From a virus (Duplodnaviria; Caudoviricetes), in the IMG/VR virus record IMGVR_UViG_3300029955_000001: a stretch of 64,000 nucleotides of DNA. One strand, 5' to 3'. The position numbers were made by a program, and so were the translations under genes. Each line of letters opens with the position of its first letter. Positions within the stretch are counted from its first letter, which is position 1. Below are positions 37,829-48,641 of this stretch, piece after piece. The notes beneath the pieces were generated by a model, which searched no databases, was not told where the DNA came from, and was given only the letters and a program-made list of their open reading frames with translations.

Positions 37829-39538
37829 TCAATTAGTCTGCCATGCTTGCAAACCAGCGATTGCGAGTTGTAAATCATTAGCAGTTGTACGCAAGAAGAA
37901 CTTCACTAGCAGTGTATCGTTATTGACTATCCCGGTTCCAATATGTAGAGGAACATTCCATTGATCAATTGTATACTCAAAATCTAATCCGTTATACGAA
38001 ATAGAAAACATGTTTGGAACAGGAGGTGCTGTTTCTGTAAATGGATCAGTCAGAGGTTCCGTTGCGTAGTATAAACGATTTAACCACTCGGTCAAATTAG
38101 CAGCACCCACATCAATAGCTACAGTTGTTAGTTGCGCACCAACATACGTAGTAACAGCGTGATTACCTACACCGAATGGTGGCGTTTGCCCTGGACTATA
38201 ACCAATCGTCCAGTTAGCTGCAGCGCGCCCAGTGCCAGCAGCTGCTAATGTAACTGTAACTGTTTGCACATTAACGTACGATGTGTAAATAGGATTCACG
38301 CTACTTAAATTGATCGACACTTCAAGATTCTGAGTAATTCCATAACCTGTAGGATTAAATGGCTCAGACGTAGGTGTTATCGTAACGTATGGACTTACGT
38401 TGAAAACAGTGTTGCGTTCTAAGTTATACAAATACCATTCTAGACTGTAACTATTTGTTATGCTATTCCAAACAGGATAGCAAAACAGTTTAACAGTATA
38501 GATGCCATCTTCGTTTATAGTAACGGCTTGGTATGCTTCAGTAACGAAACGCACGTTGTTAATAGATCCAGCAGTAGCTCCGTAGACAATTTCACCCGGT
38601 GACAATGTGTATTTCAGAACCAGTGGTAATTTCTGTCCAACAACAGTAGCCACGTAATCTCTAAAGCCAAATATCGAGAACTTAGTTCCATCTACAGGCA
38701 ACACAAGAGATGACCCGTCGCTATAGTTTACTACACCCATAAGACTCAATCCGTTTAACGGAACGTTCATCGGGTATTGAATTAGATTAGGATCGCTTGT
38801 GGATAAGAACGGACATTGTAGCGCAATACCGCTTATGTATTTCAGCGAACTATCAGTTGTTCTAATGAATGCTGTATTTTCAACAAGCAGTTGACGTTTA
38901 GAAACCACATTACCATTGTCCGAGTAGAAAACAGCAACAACAACTTCACCATCAGCTAGTTGTTGTGTTGTGTAGCATACCGGCACAGTCTTGATAGATA
39001 TATTCTCTAAACCAGCAGCAGCAACAAGTTCCAAAGGAATCGATTGACTAATCAAATTGCCAGATTGATTATACACAGAACTAATAACTGTGCCAGTGTT
39101 GCTCAAATCTGAACCAAGGAATATTTTACACGAGGTAGCCATACTACCAGCTACATGAAGTCTAGCATCCACAGCTAGCACATTAGGGATTACACTGTTG
39201 TCTACATAAAGACGATAGGTATCGCTTTGTGTGCCAGGACCAACTCCTAGTAAAATGTCTGTTGAGTTAAACGCAGCAGACGGTACAGTAGTTATAGCAG
39301 TAAGCGTAGCTACCATTGTCGTTGGATTGATAGCCGTAACTTTATAATAATCATCTGTCGTGGTATCTACTGCGTAATCATTTAGATTTGGGACAAATTT
39401 ACCTAAGCCTACAGAACCTGTATAAATTTCAGTAATGTTCCAAGTCTTCCATGTATTTGCTGGGTTATACACTGGCGCAACGTCGTCTGTCCCGAGAATT
39501 CCGCTGATGCTCAATGGCGTTATGGTTGAGGATGACAT
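37829..39538 (-). CDS. virion structural/baseplate protein (phiKZ gp26-like)
   Basis: 569 aa beta-rich, follows the terminase-sheath gene order. Confidence 0.65.
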   Translation of the reverse strand: MSSSTITPLSISGILGTDDVAPVYNPANTWKTWNITEIYTGSVGLGKFVPNLNDYAVDTTTDDYYKVTAINPTTMVATLTAITTVPSAAFNSTDILLGVGPGTQSDTYRLYVDNSVIPNVLAVDARLHVAGSMATSCKIFLGSDLSNTGTVISSVYNQSGNLISQSIPLELVAAAGLENISIKTVPVCYTTQQLADGEVVVAVFYSDNGNVVSKRQLLVENTAFIRTTDSSLKYISGIALQCPFLSTSDPNLIQYPMNVPLNGLSLMGVVNYSDGSSLVLPVDGTKFSIFGFRDYVATVVGQKLPLVLKYTLSPGEIVYGATAGSINNVRFVTEAYQAVTINEDGIYTVKLFCYPVWNSITNSYSLEWYLYNLERNTVFNVSPYVTITPTSEPFNPTGYGITQNLEVSINLSSVNPIYTSYVNVQTVTVTLAAAGTGRAAANWTIGYSPGQTPPFGVGNHAVTTYVGAQLTTVAIDVGAANLTEWLNRLYYATEPLTDPFTETAPPVPNMFSISYNGLDFEYTIDQWNVPLHIGTGIVNNDTLLVKFFLRTTANDLQLAIAGLQAWQTN

Positions 39539-39547
39539 GCATTTTCC

Positions 39548-42118
39548 TTAAGTGGTTATACTAAGATACTGGGATAAACTAAACGCATCTTTCATATACA
39601 GTTGGATAACCATGTTAACAAATTTGTATATGTAAAGATTAACATCAATCACAATATTCAAGTTATGTGGTTCAATAATTACGTAGTTCGGATCTGGTTT
39701 CAAATTTGATTGAGTGGGATCGAAATCTAATAGGTATTCGTACGGTTGGCAAATGTTTAATACGTCTTGCGTGCTGTATGTTTGTTGAATAATTGGATTG
39801 TCTATAACCCCATTAATTAGGTCATAAATAATCTTACATACAAACGGGCTATATACACGATACAGCGCAGGAATTGTGTTTGGCGTAGTAAATGTAGGCT
39901 CAGGTAGTTTCAATGTCATATAGTTCGATACATTCGTATCAATAACTCGTGACTTAGCAAGTAATGTATACGTGTCATCAGGCACTGTATTTAACAAAGG
40001 AACTATCATCTGTCGAATTAAATACGGTCTTCCGTTCTGAGCATTTGGAACAGATACACCACTATTATCTTCTGAGAATAATACTTTAGTCTTGTCTAGT
40101 ACTTTTCCATCGACCACAATACGAATGACTTGATCATCGCGAATGTCGTAACGTGTATTTTCAGACAATAGCTCATGGTCAATATAACCACTATCCGTAG
40201 ATAAAGTCCTAATTAAATCAGTATTACAGAAACCAGTAAAACGAACATCTACGTGTTGTGTTTGTGTTGTTGGGTTAATTAAAAATTCTTTATTAACAAT
40301 AACAACTCGTGGAAATTTAACGTAATAGTCCAAATTCTCAATTAAAGATTGTCCATTTAGAAATATATCTAACTCGCCCATTGGTATTAACATATTGCCC
40401 AAGGCCGATGTTTCTTTGTTTATTTGCACGGAAGTTAGATTAAATATAATCAAACCATCAACCGGCGTGTAATTAAAATCATACGCTAAGAACGTTTTAT
40501 TACTACGTACTAATGTATAATTTTGAGTCATATCAACTAACCAAGTAAGCTGGCCGTTAATGATAACGTATTTTGAACTACCAGTAACATCAGTCCATAC
40601 ATACGTAGGTGTTCCAGAATCAATAGGACAAACGTACATTCTGTAGTCTAGACTTGGATCAATCGTCTGTGTAATTATGCCGTATATTTCGTCAAGAGTT
40701 TGTGTGCCTTGTCCATAGATCATTTCAACAAGATTCGTATTTGAATTAACAGCAGTATAGGTATCACCTGTTGTGTTGTTATAATAACCTAATAAAACAC
40801 CATTGACATCGTACTCGTAAGCAAATGAACTGTTTATTAAACCTGGTGGTGTATTTACAATAAGTTTGTTTGAGTACGGCGTAACAAACGAGGGCGTGTC
40901 GCCAAGTAGTTTACTTAAAGCGTTATAACCAAACGCATCTTGAGCCATTGTCAATGTTATATTGCGTAGATCACTACGCATGATTTCTGTATACGGAGAT
41001 GCTTCAAGTGTAGGGGCTTGCCAATTAGGCACTGTTGCGTTAAGCCCGACCATAGCAGCTATTACATCACTATCTGTCATTTTATAAAGTTCTTTAATGC
41101 GGTTATTTTCAAACGGTAATGTTCTCGTATAACCGGACTTACGAACGTTCATCCTAATAACCAAGGCATTTGGATTTGTCCATGTTGGTTGACTATTTGC
41201 ATAACCTACCACGTACGCAACAGGAATAGAGTAGTCTTTATGCGTTAGCATTCTAACCGCATCTACTTGGTTCTTGTGGTAATATAGACCCGTATAACGT
41301 CCGCTAGTACTTGGCATAGTTAAAAAGAAATCTATATCACCTTGATATTCAATGCCTTCTGAATTATCCTCACCAGCATAATGTAGTAAGTATTTAAACT
41401 TATTATCAAGTGTACTAGTGAAAGATAACAAATCACTAATATTAAACGTTATTGTTTTATAAATAGAACTATCGTAAACAAACTCAGCTACGTCTCCAGG
41501 TTGCGTGCTAATCAAATCAATGCTTGACGTTAGCATGCCGTTTACAAATGCATATGTCGTACCAGGCAATAACAACGATGCGTTGTATAAATTCTGTAGA
41601 GCGATTATATTAGCAGTTGTCACCATTGTTCCGCCTTGTACATTAACAGTACTTACTACTTCTTCCGCAGCAGGTGTTTGAAAATAAGCGTTAGTGTACA
41701 AACGAATATATAAATTTGGACTATCAAAATGCGTTGGTATTGTTGGTTGTTGTTTTACAGCGACAATATAATCTTTATCTTTCGTTACCATGTACCATAC
41801 TTGGGTACGTGGGTACTGAACACCGTTAATATCGTAAATATCAACAATCATTTTTTTAGTATTGCAAGCTTGTGAGAACGATATCCATTGTTCCCGTGCA
41901 TCTAGTAAACCTAATAACTTTGGACTTATTTGTCCTACCATGTAAATATGAAATACTGGTCCTTGTTCTGGCAGTGTAATTGTTCTCCATGGTAAAGAGA
42001 ATGTATTCCATACACCACCATTAGCTGTTAATCTGGCTGGTTGAGTGATCGACTGCAAATCAGCATTAGGCGCGCACCACATACTTTCTAATGCATTCTC
42101 TATGAAGAAACTGAACAT
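39548..42118 (-). CDS. virion structural/baseplate protein (phiKZ gp27-like)
   Basis: 856 aa, synteny. Confidence 0.65.
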   Translation of the reverse strand: MFSFFIENALESMWCAPNADLQSITQPARLTANGGVWNTFSLPWRTITLPEQGPVFHIYMVGQISPKLLGLLDAREQWISFSQACNTKKMIVDIYDINGVQYPRTQVWYMVTKDKDYIVAVKQQPTIPTHFDSPNLYIRLYTNAYFQTPAAEEVVSTVNVQGGTMVTTANIIALQNLYNASLLLPGTTYAFVNGMLTSSIDLISTQPGDVAEFVYDSSIYKTITFNISDLLSFTSTLDNKFKYLLHYAGEDNSEGIEYQGDIDFFLTMPSTSGRYTGLYYHKNQVDAVRMLTHKDYSIPVAYVVGYANSQPTWTNPNALVIRMNVRKSGYTRTLPFENNRIKELYKMTDSDVIAAMVGLNATVPNWQAPTLEASPYTEIMRSDLRNITLTMAQDAFGYNALSKLLGDTPSFVTPYSNKLIVNTPPGLINSSFAYEYDVNGVLLGYYNNTTGDTYTAVNSNTNLVEMIYGQGTQTLDEIYGIITQTIDPSLDYRMYVCPIDSGTPTYVWTDVTGSSKYVIINGQLTWLVDMTQNYTLVRSNKTFLAYDFNYTPVDGLIIFNLTSVQINKETSALGNMLIPMGELDIFLNGQSLIENLDYYVKFPRVVIVNKEFLINPTTQTQHVDVRFTGFCNTDLIRTLSTDSGYIDHELLSENTRYDIRDDQVIRIVVDGKVLDKTKVLFSEDNSGVSVPNAQNGRPYLIRQMIVPLLNTVPDDTYTLLAKSRVIDTNVSNYMTLKLPEPTFTTPNTIPALYRVYSPFVCKIIYDLINGVIDNPIIQQTYSTQDVLNICQPYEYLLDFDPTQSNLKPDPNYVIIEPHNLNIVIDVNLYIYKFVNMVIQLYMKDAFSLSQYLSITT

Positions 42119-42170
42119 GACCGTCCTTAAAGAAAAAAATACTATCCTATTTTGTAGGATAGTATCGAAG

Positions 42171-43103
42171 TTAATACTCGTTGGAATTCAGAAGCGCGAG
42201 AACTGGGCGCAGGATGTCAGTAGGCGCATCTTTTCCCTGACGTTCTATCAACCGCGCAATGCCAGAGTTCTTGAACATTCTTTCAGTGCATGCTGCCATC
42301 AGAATAGCAATCCATGTTGGAGGGTGCTCTAACGCAACACTTACTAATTCTTTTGCGTTACTGGACCAGCTGCTACCCATGATTGAAAATAACAAACCGA
42401 CATTGAGTTCTCTCAAACGAATACTGCCGGTTATTTCTTCTGCCATTAAACAGTAGCTAGTAACACTAGGTACAACATCGACTTTATCTAAAATAACCAA
42501 AACATCTTGTGCTTTTATTCTTAATGTTGTGGAGATCGCATTAACTAAACGTAGTTTTTCACGTTCTTCCAATATGTCACTACTTGTTCTATCTGTAAAT
42601 TGCGACATATAGAAAATAGCCGTGAAAATTGCTAAGTTCATTTGTTCACGCGGATCAAGAGCAAAACGGCGACTAACTGCCTCACTTACCCAACTAGCAA
42701 ATATCGATAAAGGTAGTTTCGATATGTCTCTAATAAGATTTGGATTTTGTCGTATCCATATATCGTTTAATTTAGCACGATAAGTATGAAGCTTGTAATC
42801 GATTTGATTGCGAATTTTAAAACCTGCTTGAGCAGTATCATAAGTTCCAAATGGTCGTAAATCAATAACTAGTTGCTGTGCTTTTGCAGGATTCGTTATT
42901 AATATAGGATGAGCAAAAGCTGGTATTTGACCAATATCATTTTCAACTGTAAGGATACAATTCACTGGACCATTAGTTGCGCCAGGTGCATCCAAGCTAG
43001 AAAGCCGGCCAGATACATACGCCCTTTCAATAGAGTCAACTATTTTCTTTAACACGAACCCCATACACGCATGGGTGTCATAGGCAGTTTTACAGATAGT
43101 CAT
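42171..43103 (-). CDS. virion structural protein (phiKZ gp28-like)
   Basis: 310 aa, divergent from the sheath gene. Confidence 0.6.
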   Translation of the reverse strand: MTICKTAYDTHACMGFVLKKIVDSIERAYVSGRLSSLDAPGATNGPVNCILTVENDIGQIPAFAHPILITNPAKAQQLVIDLRPFGTYDTAQAGFKIRNQIDYKLHTYRAKLNDIWIRQNPNLIRDISKLPLSIFASWVSEAVSRRFALDPREQMNLAIFTAIFYMSQFTDRTSSDILEEREKLRLVNAISTTLRIKAQDVLVILDKVDVVPSVTSYCLMAEEITGSIRLRELNVGLLFSIMGSSWSSNAKELVSVALEHPPTWIAILMAACTERMFKNSGIARLIERQGKDAPTDILRPVLALLNSNEY

Positions 43104-43323
43104 TTTGTATTATCCTAATAATGTGCCTAATGGCATTAATGAAAAAACGTAATTGATCGAAAAACAGCGATTATTCTATGTTGATCACTTTGCGTAACAA
43201 TAATACATAATAAAGGTGTTCGCATTTTATTCTAGAATTATTATGATCTAACATCTATCTTCAAGAACTAAAGTGTCTTACCGAAACCATACCATTCATC
43301 ATCCATTGTGCTAGGAACGAAAA

Positions 43324-45660
43324 ATGTCTTCTTCAACAATCGTCAATGCCGCACCAATGACCATTTTCCAAGGTATTCAGGATCTGAGTACCCGGCCAGT
43401 GGCTGTTGTTCCGGAAGTGCTCCCAACGCACTTACCAAAAGTTTATCTCTATACTAAACAGGGTCCAACTGACCCACAACTAGTAGTCGGTTCTAGTCTC
43501 ACTAACATGTATGATGTTAATAGTTTTGACTTGACACAAAAGTGGGCTACGCATGCAACTGTTTTGGCTAACACGATTAATGCCCAAGGTAATTCCTTGA
43601 TGGTGGAACGACTTGAACCACTTGATGCCGCTCCGCCAGCTAATGTTCGTGTATACATGGATATATTGCCAGCTACTATTCCGAACTACACACGTAATTC
43701 TGATGGCAGTATTGCTGTTGATTCAAGCGGTAATAAAATTGCTTCCGGCACTGGCATTGCTGGTTACCAAGTAAAATTTGTTGCTGTGCAAATTCCTGTC
43801 ACTATCACTTCAAACAATAGTAACGAAACGATAACTGGCGAATTTAAATCTCTTGGTGCTTGGGATGCTAACGCTAATAACCCAGTATTAACTAGCACTG
43901 GAACAGCTGGAACTTATTACACAGTAACGACCGCTGGTAATACAGCGATTGCTGGTGTGGCTGCGTCAGTTGTACCAGGTTCATATGGTTGGAATGTTGG
44001 TGATATTATTGTTTTCGATAGCACTGGTGCCGGTAGCCAAATTACCGACGCAACAGTCACGACTAATTTTGGACAAGCAACTCAAACTGTTGGTGATCAA
44101 ACAGTCGGTTTAGTTCAATCTATTCGTTATCCGTTCTTCGATGCAGTTATAAGTAACTTCGGTGAATACGGTAATAACCAAGGTTTAGTCTTGTGGGCAC
44201 CAACCACTAACTCCAGTCCTTCTATTGATCCTAGTCTGTTGGATCAGTTTGTGTATCCGTTACGTATGGCGTGTGTGTCGCGTGCTGATTCATTGAGCAC
44301 TTCGACGGTAACACCAACGTTAGACGCAATGCAATACGTTGATTGCTGCTTAAAACCAAATACACGTTTGTCGACTACGACACAACAAATGTATATTGGC
44401 GATGTATTTATTAACGCGTATCAGAGTATTCTTGATCCAAGTTCTCCACCACAGTACGGACCATTTGGTCAGTTTAAATTGTACGATGCTGAAATTTTGA
44501 CATGCTTAAACATGTTCTACGCAGCAGAACAACCGTATATTTCGACTAATGCATTTACTGATTTTACCGGTGTCGCCAACGAGCAATATCGTTTTAATAT
44601 CCTTGGTGGTGCTTCGTCAGCTGGCGTTCCGTACTTCTCGTATCAGGTAGTAACTGGCGCTTCTAATAGCACTGTGTTTACTCAAAATTCGAACTTGTAC
44701 GCATGTGGTGGTGACGACGGTACAATGAATGAAGAATTGTTTGCTACGCTAGTTGCAACAGCAATTTCCGAATACGCTGACCCAAACAGTGTGTTGCAGG
44801 ACATAGCGCGCTATCCAGAATCGATCTTCTATGACTCTGGGTTCCCAATCGCTACTAAGAAAGCAATTACCAGCTTTATAGCGATTCGTAAAGATACCGC
44901 AATTGTTCTATCGACGCACGATGTTCTGCTGCCACAATTGACAGCTGCGCAAGAATCTTCACTAGCTTTAGCATTGCTGTCCTACTGTCAGATGTATCCG
45001 GAATCGGATTACTATGGTACTAATACTGTTCGTGCAATGATCATTGGTCGTTCTGGTACATTCTTGAATAGTTTATATAGTAAGCCATTGCCGTTGACAA
45101 TTGAAATTGCTTACAAAGCAGCGCAGTATATGGGCGCAGGAAATGGTATTTGGAAACCTGGTTTCAGTTTCGATATGGCACCGTTGAGTCAAGTGCAGTT
45201 GTTCATTAACGTGAACGTGACTTTTACGCCAGCTACTGTTCGAAATACAGACTGGAGTAATGGTTTAAATTGGGTTGAGTCATTCCAACGTCGTACGCTA
45301 TACTTCCCAGCATTGAAGACTGTTTACGCTAATGATACAGCAGTGCTGACTAGCTTTTTCACAATGATGGCTTGTGTTGAATTGGAAAAAGTTGGTGATC
45401 GTTGCCGTCGTCAATTCTCTGGTGAGTCTTCGTTAACAGATACACAATTGATCGAGCGCGTTAATCAATTCGTAATAGATGCCACTACCGGACGTTTTGA
45501 TGGTCGTTTCACTATTATCCCGAGAGCTTACATTAGTGCGTCAGATAGCCAACGCGGATATAGCTGGACGCTTCCTATCGACATATACGCGCCAAATATG
45601 AAAACGGTGATGACTCTCTCTATTGTTAGTTATAGAATCAGTGATTTAACAACGTCTTAA
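43324..45660 (+). CDS. contractile tail sheath protein with an inserted beta-module
   Basis: 778 aa, begins NAAPMT...GIQDLS, contains YDSGF and ends LPIDIYAPNMKTV. Followed by the tube gene. Confidence 0.85.
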   Translation: MSSSTIVNAAPMTIFQGIQDLSTRPVAVVPEVLPTHLPKVYLYTKQGPTDPQLVVGSSLTNMYDVNSFDLTQKWATHATVLANTINAQGNSLMVERLEPLDAAPPANVRVYMDILPATIPNYTRNSDGSIAVDSSGNKIASGTGIAGYQVKFVAVQIPVTITSNNSNETITGEFKSLGAWDANANNPVLTSTGTAGTYYTVTTAGNTAIAGVAASVVPGSYGWNVGDIIVFDSTGAGSQITDATVTTNFGQATQTVGDQTVGLVQSIRYPFFDAVISNFGEYGNNQGLVLWAPTTNSSPSIDPSLLDQFVYPLRMACVSRADSLSTSTVTPTLDAMQYVDCCLKPNTRLSTTTQQMYIGDVFINAYQSILDPSSPPQYGPFGQFKLYDAEILTCLNMFYAAEQPYISTNAFTDFTGVANEQYRFNILGGASSAGVPYFSYQVVTGASNSTVFTQNSNLYACGGDDGTMNEELFATLVATAISEYADPNSVLQDIARYPESIFYDSGFPIATKKAITSFIAIRKDTAIVLSTHDVLLPQLTAAQESSLALALLSYCQMYPESDYYGTNTVRAMIIGRSGTFLNSLYSKPLPLTIEIAYKAAQYMGAGNGIWKPGFSFDMAPLSQVQLFINVNVTFTPATVRNTDWSNGLNWVESFQRRTLYFPALKTVYANDTAVLTSFFTMMACVELEKVGDRCRRQFSGESSLTDTQLIERVNQFVIDATTGRFDGRFTIIPRAYISASDSQRGYSWTLPIDIYAPNMKTVMTLSIVSYRISDLTTS

Positions 45661-45710
45661 CAAGACAAAAAAATTAGTTATACACACATAGGGAATTAAC
45701 TTTCCTATGT

Positions 45711-46613
45711 GTGTTACTTTTAACTACCTTTCATTTAGAGAGAATACACATGGCACGCTTAGCTAATGCAATTTTGAAACCAGGCACAGCTTTCGATGCC
45801 GGACATAATAGTCCGATGATCGATTTGCAAAACGGCGGTCAGATGGGGTACGCTCCAGACTTAGCTGGCTGGGTAAGTAACCAAGCTTACGTTCGTCGTA
45901 ATTTGATTTGTTTGTTAGTAGAAGCTCCAATTGGATTTAACTACTTGTTAAATCCAAATTACTGGATAGGCACCTTACGTGCGTTGGTAGAGCTGCATCC
46001 TTTATCCATCGATGGTCTGAATGCCAGTCTAACAGTTGACAAAGCAGAAACGCCAGTAGGTGGCGGTGGACAAATGCAGGAAGACTTTACAGATGTTAAG
46101 GAAGAACGTTCTAACGTTGTTTTCCGCTGGGGTGAAAAGTACGGTATGCCTGTTGCATCGTTCCTTCGTGGTTGGATTACCAACTTGATGATGGACCCAA
46201 ATACAAAGTATCCTAACATCGCTACTTTGGCTGTAAAACCTAGTGACATGCTGGCTGATATGTATTCGGCTACCATGATTTTCATTGAACCAGATCCAAC
46301 ACACACCACAGTGATGAAATCTTGGTTGGTAACAAACATGTGGCCTATCGGCACAGGTGAAGTTACTGGTAAACGTGATTTAACAACACAGGGTGACACG
46401 CCTACGTACGACGTGAATTTCTCTGGGATTGCGCAGTATAGTTTGGGTGTTGATGCATTCGCTCAGCAGTTGTTAGACGGTATCAATATTACTGGCGCTA
46501 ACCCACAACTGCGTCAAGCGTTTGTACAATCGATCACTGCTGATATATTGGCAACAAGTGCGTCTTACACAGCTGAAGCAGCTGCTGTTGGTGCACAAGC
46601 AATTAAGGTTTAA
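45711..46613 (+). CDS. tail tube protein; likely start 45750 (MARLAN)
   Basis: Follows the sheath. Motifs W.SNQAYVRRNLIC and FIEPDP...V.KSWLVTNMWP. Confidence 0.8.
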   Translation: MLLLTTFHLERIHMARLANAILKPGTAFDAGHNSPMIDLQNGGQMGYAPDLAGWVSNQAYVRRNLICLLVEAPIGFNYLLNPNYWIGTLRALVELHPLSIDGLNASLTVDKAETPVGGGGQMQEDFTDVKEERSNVVFRWGEKYGMPVASFLRGWITNLMMDPNTKYPNIATLAVKPSDMLADMYSATMIFIEPDPTHTTVMKSWLVTNMWPIGTGEVTGKRDLTTQGDTPTYDVNFSGIAQYSLGVDAFAQQLLDGINITGANPQLRQAFVQSITADILATSASYTAEAAAVGAQAIKV

Positions 46614-46626
46614 AATACTAAGCCGG

Positions 46627-46667
46627 AATAATAGAGAGACAGGTCAAAAGCCTGTCTCTCTATGCCG
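46627..46667. terminator. bidirectional terminator flanked by TATGCCG
   Basis: Stem ATAGAGAGACAGG/CCTGTCTCTCTAT. Confidence 0.7.
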
Positions 46668-46668
46668 T

Positions 46669-47220
46669 CTAAGTTTTTGTAAGATGTCGAATCCAATCAG
46701 TACGATACCAACTATCTTGACCATCATAATGTGTTCTTGTTTGTGTATCTTTAGATAATTTAGCCGAAGTTAAACAACTGTTCAAATGTTTTATTTCTGG
46801 TTCTGATAATAAATTCTTATCTAGGAACCAGCCTTCTTTCTTTTCTTCTTTGGCTTTCTTAGCTTCCCATAAAACTTTTACTATAGGCCGCCAACAGAGA
46901 ATATCTGTACTCCAATATGCGTCATCATTAATTTTCTTTTCCGCATCATCACTCCAAACGATTTCGCCAATAGAATTAGATGTTACTATTCCACAGATAG
47001 AAATTCTATTTACAGTAAAACTACTATATTCAACTCTATCAGATGGTTTATTTTGTTTGAATTGAGGACGATCTTTCATTGCTATTGCAGCAACTTCTTC
47101 TGGTGTTTTAACACATACACCGTCGTCAGTATATGCTAACCAAAGTATATTAGCGTAATCTGCGTTTGATATACCAGCATCCATTACACGTTTGATCCAT
47201 TCTTCTTGAGTTAGGTTCAT
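46669..47220 (-). CDS. hypothetical protein, paralog of the next ORF
   Basis: Start after AAGGAGAATTAAC. Shares GE..W.D.AE..INDD..W...W.PI.K.LWE.KK.KEEKK.GWFL. Confidence 0.6.
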   Translation of the reverse strand: MNLTQEEWIKRVMDAGISNADYANILWLAYTDDGVCVKTPEEVAAIAMKDRPQFKQNKPSDRVEYSSFTVNRISICGIVTSNSIGEIVWSDDAEKKINDDAYWSTDILCWRPIVKVLWEAKKAKEEKKEGWFLDKNLLSEPEIKHLNSCLTSAKLSKDTQTRTHYDGQDSWYRTDWIRHLTKT

Positions 47221-47249
47221 TTTTGTTAATTCTCCTTTAAGATTCACAT

Positions 47250-47648
47250 CTATACTTCTTTTAAATCTTTAATCCAGTTACCTGAAGACATTAAAACCTC
47301 GCCAGCGCAATCTGACTTTACTTGAACTGAGCGTCGTGACATTTGTGCTGCGCTGATACAATTAACTATCTCATTAACTTTCGCTGCTGATAAAGATTCC
47401 GAGCTTAAGAACCATCCTTTTTTCTTTTCTTCTTTTAGCTTCTTTAATTCCCATAGAGCTTTCAGAATAGGTTGCCAGTAAGCTATGTGTTCTGCATTAT
47501 TCCAATGTTCGTCATCATTAATTAATTCTTCAGCATTATCAGCCCAGATAAATTCACCACTAGAACTAACACTAACAATAAAACCACCGGCAGCAGATAT
47601 CTGTAAAGTATTTGCTATAAAATCGCTCATTTCAACTGTAAAGCTCAT
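47250..47648 (-). CDS. hypothetical protein, paralog of the previous ORF
   Basis: Same motif block. Confidence 0.6.
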   Translation of the reverse strand: MSFTVEMSDFIANTLQISAAGGFIVSVSSSGEFIWADNAEELINDDEHWNNAEHIAYWQPILKALWELKKLKEEKKKGWFLSSESLSAAKVNEIVNCISAAQMSRRSVQVKSDCAGEVLMSSGNWIKDLKEV

Positions 47649-48024
47649 TTTTTAATTCTCCTTTTAGATTCACATCTATCTCTTCGCGATTCAGATATAG
47701 AGTCATTATGTTGCTAAATAAAATTCTATGGCAGAAGTCACCAGCTGGGCAGAAACATGTTATTGCTACATTTTCATATTCTTTTAACTTCATCCACAAT
47801 GCAGGATTCTGTCTTAAGGATAAACGCATTTTACTCATATAGCGCTGCGTATATTCTTCTTCATTAATTTGACCATTTTTATATTCCATTACATCTTTGT
47901 AGAATGGCGCAAAATGTTCGTTAATTTTATTTTTTGCTGTAATGTCAAGTATTTCAATACCCTGCGCTTTAGCCACCCTCCATGATGACATTTGCATTGT
48001 CCATACGTTTATTTGCTTGTTCAT
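47632..48024 (-). CDS. DUF488-like protein
   Basis: DIT.K...FAP......EYK.G.I..EEY..RY...M and ITCFC..GDFCHR.L. Confidence 0.6.
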   Translation of the reverse strand: MNKQINVWTMQMSSWRVAKAQGIEILDITAKNKINEHFAPFYKDVMEYKNGQINEEEYTQRYMSKMRLSLRQNPALWMKLKEYENVAITCFCPAGDFCHRILFSNIMTLYLNREEIDVNLKGELKNELYS

Positions 48025-48589
48025 CTAAATGCAGTCCTTTAGACTTATATGTCGAGTACGTGTGGCTGATATTAAGCATATGTGTTTGTCTGTTTATTTC
48101 ATAAACAACTTTTGGCTCATCTGTTAATACAAAATTAGAAAGATTAAAATTTTTAATTTGTGCATCGTATCCGTTTTCTGATTTCTTATACACAGTAGTA
48201 AGATGTACAATTGTATTTGGTAACGTCAATGCTTCTTCGTATAATCTAACGCCTCCGGCAATAAACACTTTCCTTTGTTTTGCAATACCATCACACAGAA
48301 CAAGTGCGGTTTCTAAAAAAGGAACAAAACAAATACTGTTCCCCAGTTCAGGATCATATTTGTTTTTTGCTAATGTCTCCGATACTACAATCACTGTACG
48401 ACCCTCTAAAGGCGCTGGAAGCGATTCATAGGTGTTTCTACCCATGATAACTATGTTGCCCATAGTGAGCCGTTTAAAGCGGTTTAAATCGCCATTTAAA
48501 CGCCATGGGATAGTGTTCTTATATCCTATCTCACCTTCAGGCGTAGTGGCAAGAATAATTTCAATTTTTAGTTGTTTGAAATCGTACAT
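47969..48589 (-). CDS. folA: dihydrofolate reductase
   Basis: IG..N.IPW.L..DL.RFK.LT.G..VIMGR.TYESLP.PL.GR..IVVS and FIAGGV.LY. Confidence 0.92.
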   Translation of the reverse strand: MYDFKQLKIEIILATTPEGEIGYKNTIPWRLNGDLNRFKRLTMGNIVIMGRNTYESLPAPLEGRTVIVVSETLAKNKYDPELGNSICFVPFLETALVLCDGIAKQRKVFIAGGVRLYEEALTLPNTIVHLTTVYKKSENGYDAQIKNFNLSNFVLTDEPKVVYEINRQTHMLNISHTYSTYKSKGLHLDEQANKRMDNANVIMEGG

Positions 48590-48641
48590 TTTAAAATCCT
48601 TTTTACGTAATAAATAGAGAGGTGTTTAGCCTCTCTATTTA

